Translations under genes and position numbers: made by a program
In this document: positions 1-15,307 of the stretch, one piece after another
How the letters are laid out: each line of letters begins with the position of its first letter
Position numbering within the stretch: the stretch's first letter is position 1
Assembly (NCBI RefSeq): GCF_009914755.1
Contig: NC_060942.1
Direction: 5' to 3' (one strand)
Origin: the human T2T-CHM13v2.0 reference genome, Homo sapiens
DNA: 64,000 bases
Notes under the pieces: generated by a model
What the model was told of the DNA's origin: nothing
Databases searched by the model: none
The model's input: the letters and a program-made list of their open reading frames with translations, nothing else

Positions 1-54
1 ATTGTTTTTTATATATTCTGGATGCAAATTTTTGCTTTACAAATTACAAATGTG

Positions 55-425
55 GTCTCAGTTCTCCAGTTAAAAGGCATAAAGTGATTGAATGGTTAAA
101 GAAACAAGACCCATCTATATGTTGCCTTCAGGAAACCCACTTCACCCATAAAGACACACATCGACTGAAAGTGAAAGAGTAGAAAAAATATTTCATGCAA
201 TTGGAAACCAAAGAAGAGTGGGAGTAACTATACTTATATCAGATAAAATAGACTACAAATCAAAGACTGTGAACAAAGATGAGGAGGGTCACTACGTAAT
301 GAGAAAAGGGTCAATACAGCAAGGGGATATAACAATTATAAATATCTATGTGCCCAACACTAGAGCTCCCAGGTATATAAAGCAAACATTAATAGATCTA
401 AAGGGAGGGATAGACTATAATATAT
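55..425 (+). mobile_element. Old L1 fragment, ORF2 endonuclease region
   Basis: ORF 218-457 (GVTILISDKIDYK...GHYVMRKGSIQQGDITIINIYVPNTRAPRYIKQTL) resembles the L1 ORF2 APE-like endonuclease; degenerate. Confidence 0.9.
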
Positions 426-500
426 TGAAAACATTTTATCCCATGGTATTATTTTGAAACTTAATAAGGCTTCTTTTAACTTTGATGTATCAAATTCATC

Positions 501-810
<310 letters not shown>

Positions 811-868
811 TAAATATTTTTGTTGCTCTTCCTTTACTTTATGTGTTTTGCTTCTTGGGTCATTTTTA

Positions 869-1170
869 TTTATTTTATTTATTTTTTAGAGGCAGGATCT
901 CACTCTGTTGCCTAGGCTGAGATGCAGAGCCCCAATCATAGCTCACTGCAACCTCGAACTCTTGGGCTCAAGCGATCCTCCTACAAAAGCTTCCCAAGCA
1001 GCTAGGACTACAGGTGCCTGCCACCTCATCCAGCTAATTTTATTTTATTTTTTTCATACAGATGGAGTCTTGCTATGTTACCCAGGCTAGTCTCAAACTC
1101 CTGAGCTCAAGCAATCCCCCCACCTCAGCCTGTGTGCTGGGGTTATAGGCGTGAGCCACCATGCCTGGCC
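869..1170 (-). mobile_element. Alu (AluJ-like)
   Basis: AluJ-type sequence; TSD TTGGGTCATTTTTA at 855-868 and 1171-1184. Confidence 0.93.
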
Positions 1171-1635
1171 TTGGGTCATTTTTAAACATTTGAATCTTTA
1201 TTCTTTAATTTTTCTGAAGTTGCTTTTTATAAATTATGTGAAATTGGAATCTATTTTTTTAAAATCTCAAATGGATAGCCAACTAATCCAACAGTTTCTG
1301 AACAATTCATCTCTTCTCACTATTTGAAATGCAATACTTTCTTTATAATATATTATATTCCCTTATGTACTTGGGTCAGTTTCTGCACTCCATTCTGTTC
1401 CATGGATCTATTAAATTCTGTGTCAACGTCATACTATTTAAATTATTTTTGCTTTATGATATATCTTGAGCTCTAATAGGATATATATTTTCTCTCCTCA
1501 TCTTCTGTTTCTACATCTTCTTAGCCTTCCTTGTATTTTCACTTTTCCATAGGAATTATAGAATCAGCTTGAATTTATATATTATTTTGATCTTCTCAAT
1601 TATACATAGGGCACAGAGTTCTATTCATTCAAATC

Positions 1636-1931
1636 TTTTTTTTTTTTTTTTTTTTTGAGATGGGGTCTCACTCTGTTGCTCAGGCCTGAGTGCAGTGGCA
1701 CAATCACAGCTCACTGCAGCCTTGACCTCCCTAGCTCGGGTGATCCTCCTACCTCAGCCTCCTGAATAACTGGGACTACAGGCACACCCACCACACCTGG
1801 CTAATTTTTTTGTATTTTTTGTAGAGACAGGGTGTCACTCTCTTGCCCAGGCTGGTCTCAAATGCCTGAGTTCAAGTGATCCTCCCACCTCAGCCTCCCT
1901 GGCATTATGGCGTGAGCCACCACGCCTGGAC
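1636..1931 (-). mobile_element. Alu (AluJ-like)
   Basis: Poly-T tail plus dimeric Alu; flanking CAAATCTTT repeats. Confidence 0.93.
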
Positions 1932-2397
1932 CCCAAATCTTTATTTATGTCCTCAGCAAGTAAAAATAAGTTTTAGTTTTGGCCTTTTGATCTTTTGGTT
2001 AGAGTTATTTCTAGCTACTTGTTACTGTTGTGAAGGTTTTTTTCTGTTGCGTTTTGGTTTCATAGTTCTTTATACTCAAGTATCCTAACCACTATAGTTT
2101 AGTGTTGCTGTTTTTTTTTTAACTTCATATAAACAGACTCACTATATGTGTATTCCTTTGTGTCTGATTTCTTTTTTCCAACATTATCTTCATGCTGTTA
2201 TGTGTTGCTGCATGTAGTAGCAGTCATTCCTTCTTTTTCATAACTCTATAATATTCCACTAAACTCATATGCCACAGTTAATCAATTCTCCTGTCAATGA
2301 GCATTTGGATTGTTTCCAGTTTTACTACAGAGCTGCTCTGAACATTCTTGTACATGTACATGCATCCTAATGTACTTAACCATACATTTCTGTGGGG

Positions 2398-2880
2398 TTT
2401 TCTTAATTTGAGTTTCTTCAGAAGCAAACCCTAAAACAAGAATTCAAGTATGGGTAGTTTATTTGAAAGGTGATTCCAGAAAACACTAGTAAAAGAGTGG
2501 AGAAGCAAGACAGGGAAGGGAAGAAGCCCAATAAGAGTCACTTCATGAAGCACATTAGTAGAGTGGGCAAATGGAGCTTAATCCTGCTGAGTAACTCTGT
2601 GAAACTCCAGAGAAAATATGCCTTAGAGTTGTTCCAGCTGAAGAACAAGGGTGCTGGGGTATTTATCTGGCAGCTCCAATTATTCCCTAATTGAGGAAAT
2701 CTCCTGGACCCTTCCCCAGCCCTTCTGGCCTGCACTGCATGTGGGCAGGGCAGGCTCTGGCAGCCAGACAAAGCCCTCAGGCAAAGAGCTGAAGGTACTG
2801 GCAGTTAGAAGTTGGGCTGTCGTGCCCCGCAGTGGTGAAGGCCAGGAGAGTGTGGCAGCACATGACAGAGTCTGCTACAA
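2398..2880 (-). mobile_element. ERVL-type solo LTR (LTR33-like) inserted in the L1M relic
   Basis: CAGAAGCAAACCCTAAAACAAG...TAGTTTATTTG...GGTGATTCCAG...AGACAGGGAAGGGAAG resembles the LTR33 family; L1 sequence resumes after ~2880. Confidence 0.55.
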
Positions 2881-3224
2881 GAGAGTCTTTCCATGAGCAG
2901 AATTTCTGGGTCATAGGGCACATATATATTCAACCATTGCAGATACTGCCAAACAGTCTTCCAATCTGTTGTCCCAGTTTGCCCTCCCACCAGCAGCCTA
3001 GGAGAACTCCCGCAAGGCTGTGTCCTTGCCAGCTCTTGGTATTGACTTTTACATTTAAGCCATTTTGATAGGTGTTTAATGTTGTCTAATTTGCAATTCC
3101 TGGATTACTGATAATTTTGAGCATCTTTTCATGTAATTTTTGAAAATTTGGATTTCTTCTGTGAAGTGCCTGTTCAAGTCTCTTGCCTGTTTTTCTATTG
3201 GAATGTTTGGCATTTCCTTATTGA

Positions 3225-3553
<329 letters not shown>

Positions 3554-3617
3554 AGAAGTTCTTAATTTTAACGGGCCCCAATATATAACTATTTCTCTTT
3601 GGGCTAGTACTTTTTGA

Positions 3618-4026
<409 letters not shown>

Positions 4027-5002
4027 TAAGGTCTGTAATCCATGCAGAACTTATTTTTTGTGTATGACATGAGGTAGGGGTCAAGAATTACATTGTGACA
4101 CAATGCCTATCCAGTTATTCCAACTCCATTACAGGAGAGAACACATGTTCCTCATGTTCTGCATATCCAACCTTGTCATTGAATCCAGTGTCCATATGTG
4201 TATGGATCTATTTCTGGGTTTCTGTCCTTTTCCACTGGTCTGGAGTTGTATGTCCTTGCTGCAGTATTACACCATCTATTGTAGCCTCATTAAAGATCTT
4301 GGTAGTTGAAACAGAAAGTTGTCCTACGTTGTTCTTCTTCATCTAGAATAGCTTAACTGTTCTTCGATTTTTTTGCATTCCCAGTTAAATTTCAGAGTCA
4401 GCTTGTCAAACTCAAACTTTCTTTCCTTTCCTCTTGAAAGGAAGGAAAGAAGGAAGGAAGAGAGGGAGAGAAATCTGCTGGGATTCTGATTAGAGATTGC
4501 ATTGTACCTGTAGATCAATATGGAAAGAATTAAAACTCTTCACAATATTGAGTTTTCCAATCAATTTATTTAGGTATTCTTTAATTTCTCTAACAAAGTT
4601 TTGTAGTTTTCCCTGTCAATGTCTTGTATACCTATTGCTAGATCTATTCTATGTACACTCTTGATGTTTTGATCCTATTGTAAATGATATCATTTTCATT
4701 TACTGTTTGATGTGTTATGGAGAAATACAATTGATTTTGTCTACTGACTTGAGTCTTAGAATCTTACTAAATTCTCATACTAATTCTAACAGTTCATTGT
4801 GTATTCTCGTGGATTTTTAAGTACACACAATCAATATTGATTTTCTATGTTCATCTTGAAACTGGCCACCTTACTGAACTTTTTTATTAGTTCTAGTAAT
4901 TTGCCTTTCAAAATCTTGAGTTTTCTAGGTTACAAAACCAAAAAAAAAAAAAAGTCCCTCATATTAACTTATAATTATGAGGATTCTGTTTCTGGCTGAA
5001 GA

Positions 5003-5210
5003 CGCTGTTAAGTAAAAGAAGTATGGAGTCACACTACCTGAATTTGACTCCCAGCCTGTTATTTACTATGTAACTTTAAGTAATTTGCTTAATCCTCTGT
5101 ACCTTGGTATCATTAATTATAAGCTGCCTCATAGGGTGGTTGTAATAATTAAATGAGTTTATACACGTAGAATTCTGCCTGTCAAATAATGAGCACTCAA
5201 CTTATGTAAG
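5003..5210 (+). mobile_element. MIR
   Basis: Degenerate MIR core and 3' part (CCTCATAGGGTGGTTGTAATAATTAAATGAG). Confidence 0.7.
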
Positions 5211-5854
5211 CTTTTGCCATTTCATCAGTTTCCTAAATTCCTTTATAAATTTTCTTTCTAAATTTTCACTTCTTATTTATTTTTTCTTATTTTATTGTAT
5301 TGGCTCCTTTTCCGATATAACATTGAATCATAGTGGTGCTTACACACCTCATCTGAAATTTCAACACTTTGAAACATTTCTTTCTAGTATTTTTTTTGTT
5401 TTTTGTTTTTTTGTTTTTGTTTTTGTTTTTTTATATAGGCATGTTGTTTTGTTTTGCTTTTCATGTTTGACGTATCTGAAATTGTCTTTGACTGGACTTC
5501 CAAATCTGGTGGTAAACTATGCAAGACAGAGATACTTTTCCAAAGGAATGTCTTTTGTTCAAACTATATTATTCACATAAAGATGAAAAGTAATAACGAA
5601 ACAATTTGTTTTTAAACATTGAGATTTGGTTGTGAATGGAGACACCGACCCTTTTTCCTTCCTGCAGATTCATTAGTGTAGTCTTAACAAAGAGGTGCTC
5701 TTCATTCATGTAATAAAACTTTTTAGGATGTTTGGAAGGAGCTCAGGGATATTCGTAGCCACATAGGGCTGTTGGCCAATTCTTTTTTAAGACAATATCA
5801 CATTCTTGAGCTTTTAAGTTTGATTAAATTCTTAGTAAGCTAGAGTATGTCTTC

Positions 5855-5915
5855 AAGTTATTTTCATAGAAAATATTTTCATAGAAAATTTTCATAGAAG
5901 TTATTTTCATAGAAA
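5855..5915. repeat. Short tandem repeat, 4 x ATTTTCATAGAA
   Basis: Four copies with TTCATAGAA at 5863, 5878, 5891 and 5906. Confidence 0.9.
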
Positions 5916-5991
5916 GCCTATAGTTAGAATTTTTGAGTCATTAAATAACTAAGAATGCCTTTCTACGGGAAAGACCACCTGAACCACATAA

Positions 5992-6412
<421 letters not shown>

Positions 6413-8287
6413 CATCTTTTGTCTTACTACTTTTTCATTACATATGGTTACTTACAAATTGCTATTTTCTTCTTAATAATTTTCTGTTCCTGTTTCATAA
6501 AAGCCACCTCTTTTTGCATCATATTGTTATATCAAATGATTCTCTAAAATGTTCTTTAAGTTTCTGGAAGATATTATCTGGTAAATTTTCTCTGGTTTTC
6601 AGATGAGGATCCCTTTTTGTCTTCTACTATTTTTTCAATTGTCTCTTTTTCCTGTTTATTCATTCTCAAATGAGAAGAGACCCATTCTGGCTTGCCATGG
6701 TCAATAGAAAGGGTGTATGTTTTGCTCATGACCTCTTTTCTGGATGTTAGTGCACTCATTCTCTAAGCCCTATACTAAATCGCCAGTTGATACACCTAAC
6801 CAAGCTTCCATCTAATCAGCTTCCTTGTTGTGTGGCCCTGCTGAACTGATGTGCACTCATCTCCTGCATCCGATCCTGGGATGCTGAGAAGCTGATCAAA
6901 TGGAATACACACGACAACCCCCGGTATACTGCACATCGAGGGCTCCTCTTGTACCTGTGCTCACCCTGAGTGCTCTGGAAACTACTTCTCCAAGGGAGTG
7001 ATGTACCAGCCTTGGTGTCCCTCCTCCACCCTGCAGTTTTGTTTTGTTTTGTTTTGTTTTTTTGCCTAGTTGTTTTCTGAGAGTTGCAGTTCTTAATTGG
7101 CAGGTGGAAGGGAGTGGGGAGTACTCTGGCTCTTTCAAAAGGCAGCACCTACCAAGTAGATGGATGGCTGCTGAATTTAAATTTCTCAACAGTTGGAGGA
7201 CTCAGATGTTATTTTTTCAATCCTGATGTCCCATTTCAACCCAGTTCCATTGGCCTTGGCCTTGTGTTTAGGTAAAAAATCTCCAGATCCCCCAAAACAG
7301 ACTGACTGCAGTCCTGGTTTTTGGTGTGCTAAGTTTTGTGTTTCATTACAGGACTTCGAGATGATTTTAGCAGAAAGTTGAAGAAGCTGCCCCATGCTCT
7401 CCTAGCCATTTTAAGCCAGATGTTTGTATCTGGAATTAAATATTTGTTTTAGCAACTCACGACTTCCTGGATGGCTTACAGGAATGCAGCTTGGCAGCAG
7501 AGCTAAAGATCCCTCTTTGCCAGGCTTCTGCATAGGCAGAAGAGATGACTGGGAATTGTGATTTCAAAGGCTGAGTGCCCCAAACTATTTATTCTAATAG
7601 GAAGGTGGGAAATAAAAGCCCCACTGGACTAGACAGGAGGGAATATGGGTTCTCAGGGCTGTGTCACTGCATAGGTGACCCTAGCTGGGAGTTCTGATCT
7701 CTTATTTCTAAAAACAAGGTTAGACCAAGTGCTCTCTAAAATCCTGCCTTTCTAGGAGTCTGTGGTTTTAGCAGCTGACCTAGACCATCTGCTATTAGAA
7801 GCCTGTTCTTTGAGGCTACTCATGTTTGTTAGAGCCTCTGCTGGAGAGAAGCAGAAGTAAGAGGTACATCTCCACTCGGTGTACAGGCTCCAGTGTGCTT
7901 CCTACAGGCAGCACCTGCGGGCAGCTACAGGGGCCTGAACCTTCCCCTGGGAGATCTGCCCACCAGGGGCACTCTGGGCCTTTTTCAGGCCATGCCTCCA
8001 TATAAGAAAGTCGTGAGACATCCAAGAGCCCTCATTTCCTGAGTCCCCTTCAGTGACTTTGTATTGAAAGTAAAAATAGAGACAGGAAATAAAACTTGTT
8101 TTTTTCAGAGAATGTCTTTGAAGCTTGGGAACACAGAATGGTCGCTGTGCGGTCTGCCTCCAGCCGACAGTAAGTGGACACTGGGGAGTTGCTCTAGCGC
8201 TTGTCAAGACCAGCTTCGACATCCAAGTGAAAGCAGAGGCGGCGGTGTGGAGAAAGAGCAGAGATTTGCCATTGATCATCCACATTT

Positions 8288-8613
8288 CCTTTGGTTTTTT
8301 TTTTGTTTGTTTGTTTTTTTGTTTTTTTTCCTAAGACAGAGCCTTGCTCTGTCACCCAGGCGGGAGCGCAATGGCGTGATCTTGGCTCACTGCAATCTCT
8401 GCCTCCCGGGTTGAAGTGATTCTCCTGCCTCGGCCTCCCGAGTATCTGGGATTACAGGCACATGCCACCACACTTGGCTAATTTTTTTTATTTTTAGTAG
8501 AGACAGGGTTTCACCATGTTATCCAGGATAGCCTCGATCTCCTGACCTCGTGATCCACCCGCCTCAGCCTCCCGAAGTGCTGGGATTACAGGCATGAGCC
8601 ACCTCACCTGGCC
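8288..8613 (-). mobile_element. Alu (AluSc/Sg-like)
   Basis: Full length; TSD ATCATCCACATTT at 8275-8287 and 8615-8627. Confidence 0.95.
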
Positions 8614-10953
8614 TATCATCCACATTTTCTAGATGAGAGGAAGAATGTACTACAGGAAATCTCCCCAGGATCTGAGATTTGTCCTGTGTCAGAGGTGAAG
8701 CCCAAGACACGGCTCACACCGACATTCCAGGGCAGTGCCAAGCCTTCCCGGACTCCGGGCAGCTCGGAACTTGGGGACTTTGCCCCCACCCTCCAGCATC
8801 TCCAGAATGAGGGGAGTGTGTATGTGTGCATCGTGCATGGCCCCTCCTGCCTTCTTGTTCCTTCTCCCTCCTGTCTCCTTTTTCCTCTTGCTCTGCCATT
8901 CTCCCGCCCACAATATCTGCTCTAATAAGCCAGGCGGCAGTGCTCCAACTAGCCCATAGGTGGTTCACGCTGGAGTACCTTGTGCAGGATAATTTGCCAA
9001 ATGGGTTAGAGGTCTGTCTTGCAAGGCCTGTGCATACATCCACAATTAGAAGGGAGTGAAAGGAGGAGGGGAACCTAACAACCAAGAATGGCTCCACATC
9101 CATTTGCACAGTGTCCACCCTGTCTCTGCCCTTGGCCTCCCAAATGGATGTTGGTCTGGACGTCACTGGCTCCGCTGCCTGTCTGTATTGGCATCTGGTA
9201 CATGAAGACCAAGTTTCTGAGGAAAGCCAGCTCTCAACCTTGAAACAAAGCCATTAAGTTTCTCATCTGACTCAGATCAGGCACGTTTGGAGAAATGAGG
9301 GCCAAGTTAGAGTTTAGTTCTAGAGGTGGTTGGGGGCGGAGGGCAGGTTCATGGTACTGGCTCCATGGTCATCTGAACCTAAGTGGCCTTTGGTGATGCG
9401 TCAGAAATCACAATGAAGCAAGGAAACCTGCAAGGCATCTAACTGGGAACTATTTATAGTTTCCAAAATTTAGGGAGCACAAAATAATCCAATAATGATT
9501 TTAAGACAGACCCTCCCCATCCATCAAGGCCTGGCTCCTCCCAGGTGGGTGATCAGTGCTTCTGGCACCAGCTGGCCCTGAATGGCCAGTGGAGCTGCTT
9601 AGAGCCTGAGCCCCAAGTCTTGTGTGTTAGGCCCCCTGCTCCCAGGGTCTCTGTGGCAATGTGCTGGCACCTAATTATTTGCTGACCCTGAGAAGCATGC
9701 ATTGCTGAGATTTACCAGCATTTATGGCTTACTGAATATCAAATATTTATTAGCAGAGTGTACAGTTATTCTATTTTCTTTCTTCCTTGTTTGAATTCAA
9801 GGAATCTTATTATTTTTACTTTAAAGGCTCTTGATCATGCAGATTAGTTCCAAAGGAAGGGTTCTCTACTGGACACCATCACCTCTCCCATAGTCTTGTC
9901 ATTCTATCAGTACTGAAGGGCCACCAGTTCAGAGCAGGGAAGTGAAGGGGGGTTATTTCCATTCTTCTTACCTCAAACACCTGTAGGTTTCTCAGGGAAC
10001 AAGCCCAGAGGTACAAATGTGAACCTACTTTTGTAATTGATTTTTCCAACATAACCCCAATTGACTGCCTTAGTTAATCTTTCCAACAGAACTGCAGGCC
10101 CTATGTCCTCCCGGGAGAGTGCCCTCCTTAGTGGAAAGGGTCACGCTCCCCACTTTGCACAAGCCTTCCTAGGAGGGAAGCTGCGAGCTCTTCAGCTGAA
10201 AAGCGAAAAGGCCTCTTCTGCAGGTGTACTTTTCAAACCTGTATCCTTGGAGGTTAAGTGTCTGCTGACAAATGCACACCCTGGATGGTCTCTCTCCCCA
10301 CTCCCCACCCTTGCCCTGACAAGATCACATTGAACTATTCAGGGAAAGTATTTACTGAATGCAAGGAGAATAGAGCACTTCTGCATTATTTATTAGGGGC
10401 TAACAATACCCATCATATGTAGATGATATTGATACCCATCAATGTATTTGGACATAAATTAGTATGTTAGGAAACTCCAGTGGTCCAAAACCTTTTAGGA
10501 TCTCTGACACGTATGTAAAAACACGTCGTAGTCTTACCTCTTATATGAGGCTGGGAATTGGCTATGAGACAACCTCACAAAGAAAACAAACATCTTTAAC
10601 CTTTTATTTGCCATTAGCCCTCTGGGCAGTTCATCTACTATCGAGTAAGACTTGAAATCATGAACTCTTAACCTCTCCTTACACACCTTCTTTCTGCTTT
10701 CTCTAAGGAAGGAAGAATGTTCACATTTCCTGAGTGTCTACTCTGTGCCAAGTGTTACAGCAAGCCTTTTGATGTCCTGGAGTGCTGGACATTAGCATCC
10801 CCACTCTATAGGATCAGGAAACTAAGGCTCACAGTCCTGCAGCTGATAAGTGGCTGACAAGGAGTAGGAAACAGGGTCTTGGCTTCCATCTGAGCTTCTT
10901 ACAGTACATTTGACTCACCCCTGGGCAGGAAGGCAAAGGTCATTCTTGGCTTC

Positions 10954-11200
10954 TGTATCAGTTACCTGTCACCACAATAATGCTGCAAAACACAGAACCA
11001 CAGCATGGGTGATATAAAACAATAAACATCTATTTTTGCCCAGAAGCTTGTTTGTTGGCTGGGTGTGTCTGCTGATACAGGCCGTGCTTGGCTGATCTCA
11101 GCTGGACTCAAGTGTGCATCTTTAGTCAGCTGCTGGATCAGCTGGGGCTGTCCCGTCCAAGATGGCCTTGGCCAGGACAGCCCATCCAAGTTGAGTGGGG
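10954..11200 (-). mobile_element. MLT1-family MaLR LTR fragment
   Basis: TGTATCAGTTA...ATAAAACAATAAACATCTATT...GGCTGATCTCAGCTGGACTC...CATCTTTAGTCAGCTGC resembles MLT1F/G/H. Confidence 0.6.
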
Positions 11201-14200
11201 AGTTCCAGTTCTGGGGCAGCGAGGACTGGAAGATTCTGACCCGGTGTTGAGTTGCTCTTACTTCACAGGCTTCCCAGAAACTGTGGAGGCTGGGAAGGGG
11301 TTTTCCAAGATCAAATCCAGGATCCAGTGCTAATTGAGTCACCCTAAACAAACGTGTTTCCTTCTCCAAGAGTAAAATGGGAATCCATACCTCTGCCCCA
11401 TCTTCCTTTCAGAGATGTTGTGAAAAGAAATTCCCAATGGGGGATCCAGACTTTGGCTTCCACTGGGACTCACCTCACTGTGCCTTCAGTTCCTTATGTG
11501 AAACTGACAACCCTGGACTGGACAAAACACTGAGGTTCTATGGCTCTGTGAGGAGGACCAAGCTAAGGGAGATAAAAGATGTTCAGGTGCCTTGAAGAGC
11601 TAACACCACTGCACCTGCGGAACTGGGTGTCAAGGTGACATGCGGTTCCAGGGTAATTCCCCAACCTGTATCTGCCTCCCTGAACCAACCAGATACTGTC
11701 CCCCTTACCTTACCCTCCACACCACACACACACAACCACACACACACACACACAACCGAGGTCAGTCTACCCTCTGTTCGGGAATGGGCCCTCCCCCATC
11801 TCTCTCCTTGCTTCCCCTCCCCACCAGCACAAAGGCCCTGGCTTCCAACACCCCATTACTGCTCAGCATCCAAATATCCAAAGACTTTTGTTACTAGAAG
11901 GAAAACGCACGATGCGTGACAAGCAGCCTTTCTGGCCGGGGAAGCTACTCTGTTACTGACCACGCAGTCGGTGGCAAGGTCCCTCCCCAAGCTGAGAGAG
12001 AAGGGAGAGCACAGGACACCACGGGGCCTTTTCTGTCCTCCATGATGTTCTCCAGTCTCACACAATCCCTCACCCTGTCCCGCCTCCCTTTGCATCCCCT
12101 CTGGATGGGAATCATCCCTGGCTTGATGAGCGTTGCTGCACGACTCTGACCACATACCTTTGTGCTGCCCATGGGTAGGCGATGGACAGGGCCAGGGCCG
12201 GTTAGTCTGGGTGTCAGAGGGCAGCTGAGCTCCTAGAACGCCCAGGAGCAGCCACTCTGGAGGCAAAGTAGACCTGGCCCACATGGAGTTGGGTTGGGAT
12301 GGGGAAGGCATGGAGAAAGGGTCAGTTGTGGAGAGACATTCTCTCTCTCCAGGTTAGAGGTGGGGAAGATCAGCTATGGGGAGCAGCACATTCTTGGAAA
12401 GGCACTTTGTTTGTCCTGTGTCTGACCTCCTGAGGGGCAAAAATCCAGTGGCCACCAGGGAGAAGCAAGTTGGTGTCTGAAGATCTCAGAGAGGGCTTGT
12501 GCCCGAGGCCAGGGCTTCCCTTGTTTTACCCTGGGAACCCAGTGTTTTGAAAAATTTATCTACCAAGGAACCTATATTTTTAGGCAGTAGCTGTCTGCCA
12601 TCCTTGTTAATCACAGATTATACACAGATGTGTACATGCCTGCCAGTACCAGGTCCTGGGCCACAGGACACAACCAGCATGACCAATCTGAGTCAATATT
12701 ATTTCTTTCAAAAAGTGGGGAAAGGTAGCCTTATTGTAGGTAAACAAATGACTTCTCTTCGAGTCTTTGAAATGGAAGCGAGCGCTTGGCCTTCCATGTG
12801 GTCCTACATAGGACCTGCTTCCCTGTGAGAGGGAGGGAGCTCAAGAATGTCTGAGGGCTTTTGGGATCTACACCCACCTCCCCATCAGGCAGTGACACAT
12901 CAGCTCCTGGCATGCCCTCCCTGCTTTCCTCCTAAAAGAGAGAGGAGAAGAATCAGATCCAAATGGTCTAGACAGGGCTGGGCTAACCTTGCACCTTCCG
13001 TGGCAGAACTGGCTTTGAGCAGTTGGAGTTCAGGAGACCCTGACCAGCATGTGACTGTGTCAAGACTGAATCCATCAATGCCACTGGAACACCTGCTGTT
13101 TCGTTGGGTTTCTATCGCATCCTTGGGTTGGAGGGAGCTATTGACACTTTCCTGGCTGTTCAAAAATGGGCACATGTGGACTATAGAGTGTAGTAATTGA
13201 ACAGCACCAAAGCCGTTTGCACTCTGCTTGTGCCTGCAGGCACACCTGGCTCCACAGCCCGGGTCTGAGGATGCTGAGGTCACAGCCTCACACCAGCTCC
13301 CAGACGTCATTGGATCTGTCTCCTTTTTCTTAGGCTTTCAAGGCAGGTGTTCTCCCTCCTGTTTTTATTTTCCTTTAGCTCCTGACCAACTGCTTTTGTC
13401 AAAATCAACAGCTGGCAATTGCTAGCTATAAAAACCCTGGGCAACATATGGACATACTGCCTCATTATTTAGGGCATTTGGGCTTGCTGTACACTTCTAG
13501 ACTGCAAGCTACAGCTTTGCATTTGTTGCTGTGGCATCTGGTGGCTTCCAAAGGCTGTTGGGAAGGCATAGGCAGGATGTATTGATCTGTTCTCTCTGTG
13601 CAGTTTGCTTCACGTTAAGTCTTTAATATTTTTATCTTAAATATGTGTGTGTATATATATATATAATTTTAAATATATGTATCTCACACAAAATATAATC
13701 CGACAAGCCAATGTGGACCTGTACCCAAACTGTCTAATCACCCTATTAAAAGCACAAATACAGCATTATCTGAAGAATAATCAATATTGGTATGAAAATT
13801 GAGAGCTATGTGGTTAATCCAAAGGAGCGTGAATTGACAGAGGACCTCAGCCAATGTTTGCAGAAGATATTTGCCTGGATTTTGTTATCAGGAGATTATC
13901 ATGCATCACTATTTATTCAGAATCCTCCAGATGAAGGCTTGACACCAGTTGTCCCAGGGGTAGGGTCAGGGACGGTTGTCCAGGGACCTGAAGTGGCAGT
14001 AGGGGCAAGCATAGTGGTTTCTACATCTTAAAAGGGGCTGCAGAGGTTTATAGAAGCACAGATTCCAGAACCTTGCCCCACATGGTGAAAATCAGAATTT
14101 CTGGGGGTGGAGACCCAGAGGCTGCCCTGCAAAGAGGGCCCCTCTGATGTGCAGTTGGGTATGGGTGCCATTCCCTACAAGAGAAGTGTTTATTCTTTCT

Positions 14201-14549
14201 TTCCCTGGGTCTGCAGCAAACCTGGGATGCGGTGTCAGTGTCATCACATATACTCCAAGGTCTCCATGTATTTCCTTTTAAAATGAAAATCATTTTTCCT
14301 GATTTGCCTAGCTCAGAGTTACTGGGGTAATACAATGAGAAGGAGAGTATGAAGTGAAGAGGTACCTGTTATCTCACTTAAGCCTCTCTAGAATTGAACA
14401 TTTTTATTTCCTTATTTAGATGAGGAAGACAGGCACAAAGAGGCTACGTAATTTGCAAGGCCCCAGGTCTTGGAGGTGTGGAAGCCCAGGTTTGAATCCA
14501 GAGCTTTCCATTGCATAACATGCTCCTCTGAGACTGTAGAAATCAGGCA

Positions 14550-14722
14550 GACCCTTGCAACTCAAACCGAGGCATGTGGACCAGCAGCATCAGCATCACC
14601 TGGGTGCTCATGAGAAATGCAGAATCCCAGGCCCTGTCCAGGCTGAACTGCATGAGAATCTGCGTTTTGATGAGCCCTCCAGGTGATTCCTATGCACCTT
14701 AAAGTTTAGCAGCACTGCTGTA
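14550..14722. mobile_element. MER5A (hAT-Charlie MITE)
   Basis: GGACCAGCAGCATCAGCATCACCTGGG...AGAAATGCAGAATC...CCAGGTGATTCCTATGCAC..TAAAGTTT is typical MER5A. Confidence 0.85.
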
Positions 14723-15307
14723 GAGGACTTCAGATTGAGCAAGAGAGAGTAGACCTCAAAACAAGGTTCCCCTGCAAAGGCTATTTCTGTGTGTTACCAC
14801 CACACAGGAATCATCAGAATCCAACAAAAATATGCAGTCTTCACAGGAATGAGCAAAGAAGAAATCATTACCGGTAAGCTGTTGGAAGGATGGCAGTGAG
14901 CAGTCTTAGCCCTTTCTGTCTGAGTTCCCACTGCAGGGGAAGCGCTCCTCATCCAAGAAAGCCAAAAGGCCCCAAAAGAATGAGTTTTAAGATGAAAACA
15001 AATTGTTTTTATGTGGATGTGTTGTGTGTGTTTAATTTTGAAGACAATATGAATACTTTTAGAAATGAGAGAAGGAAAAATCAGGAAGAAAGTTTAGCCA
15101 AGCTGATACAGCCTAGCAGCTTTCCCATTCAGGGGCTCTCCTCTTCCTGCCCTTTGAGAGTATCAGTGCATTTTGATTATTTCAGGAATGATTCATTTAT
15201 ATTACTTTATAGCACACAGCATCCAGCAGGGAGGGCAGCCAGTTAGGTAGAAGGAAATTCAGCTTCCAAGTATCTTTCCCGTAAGTGTTTGTCTTCAGGT
15301 TAAATCC

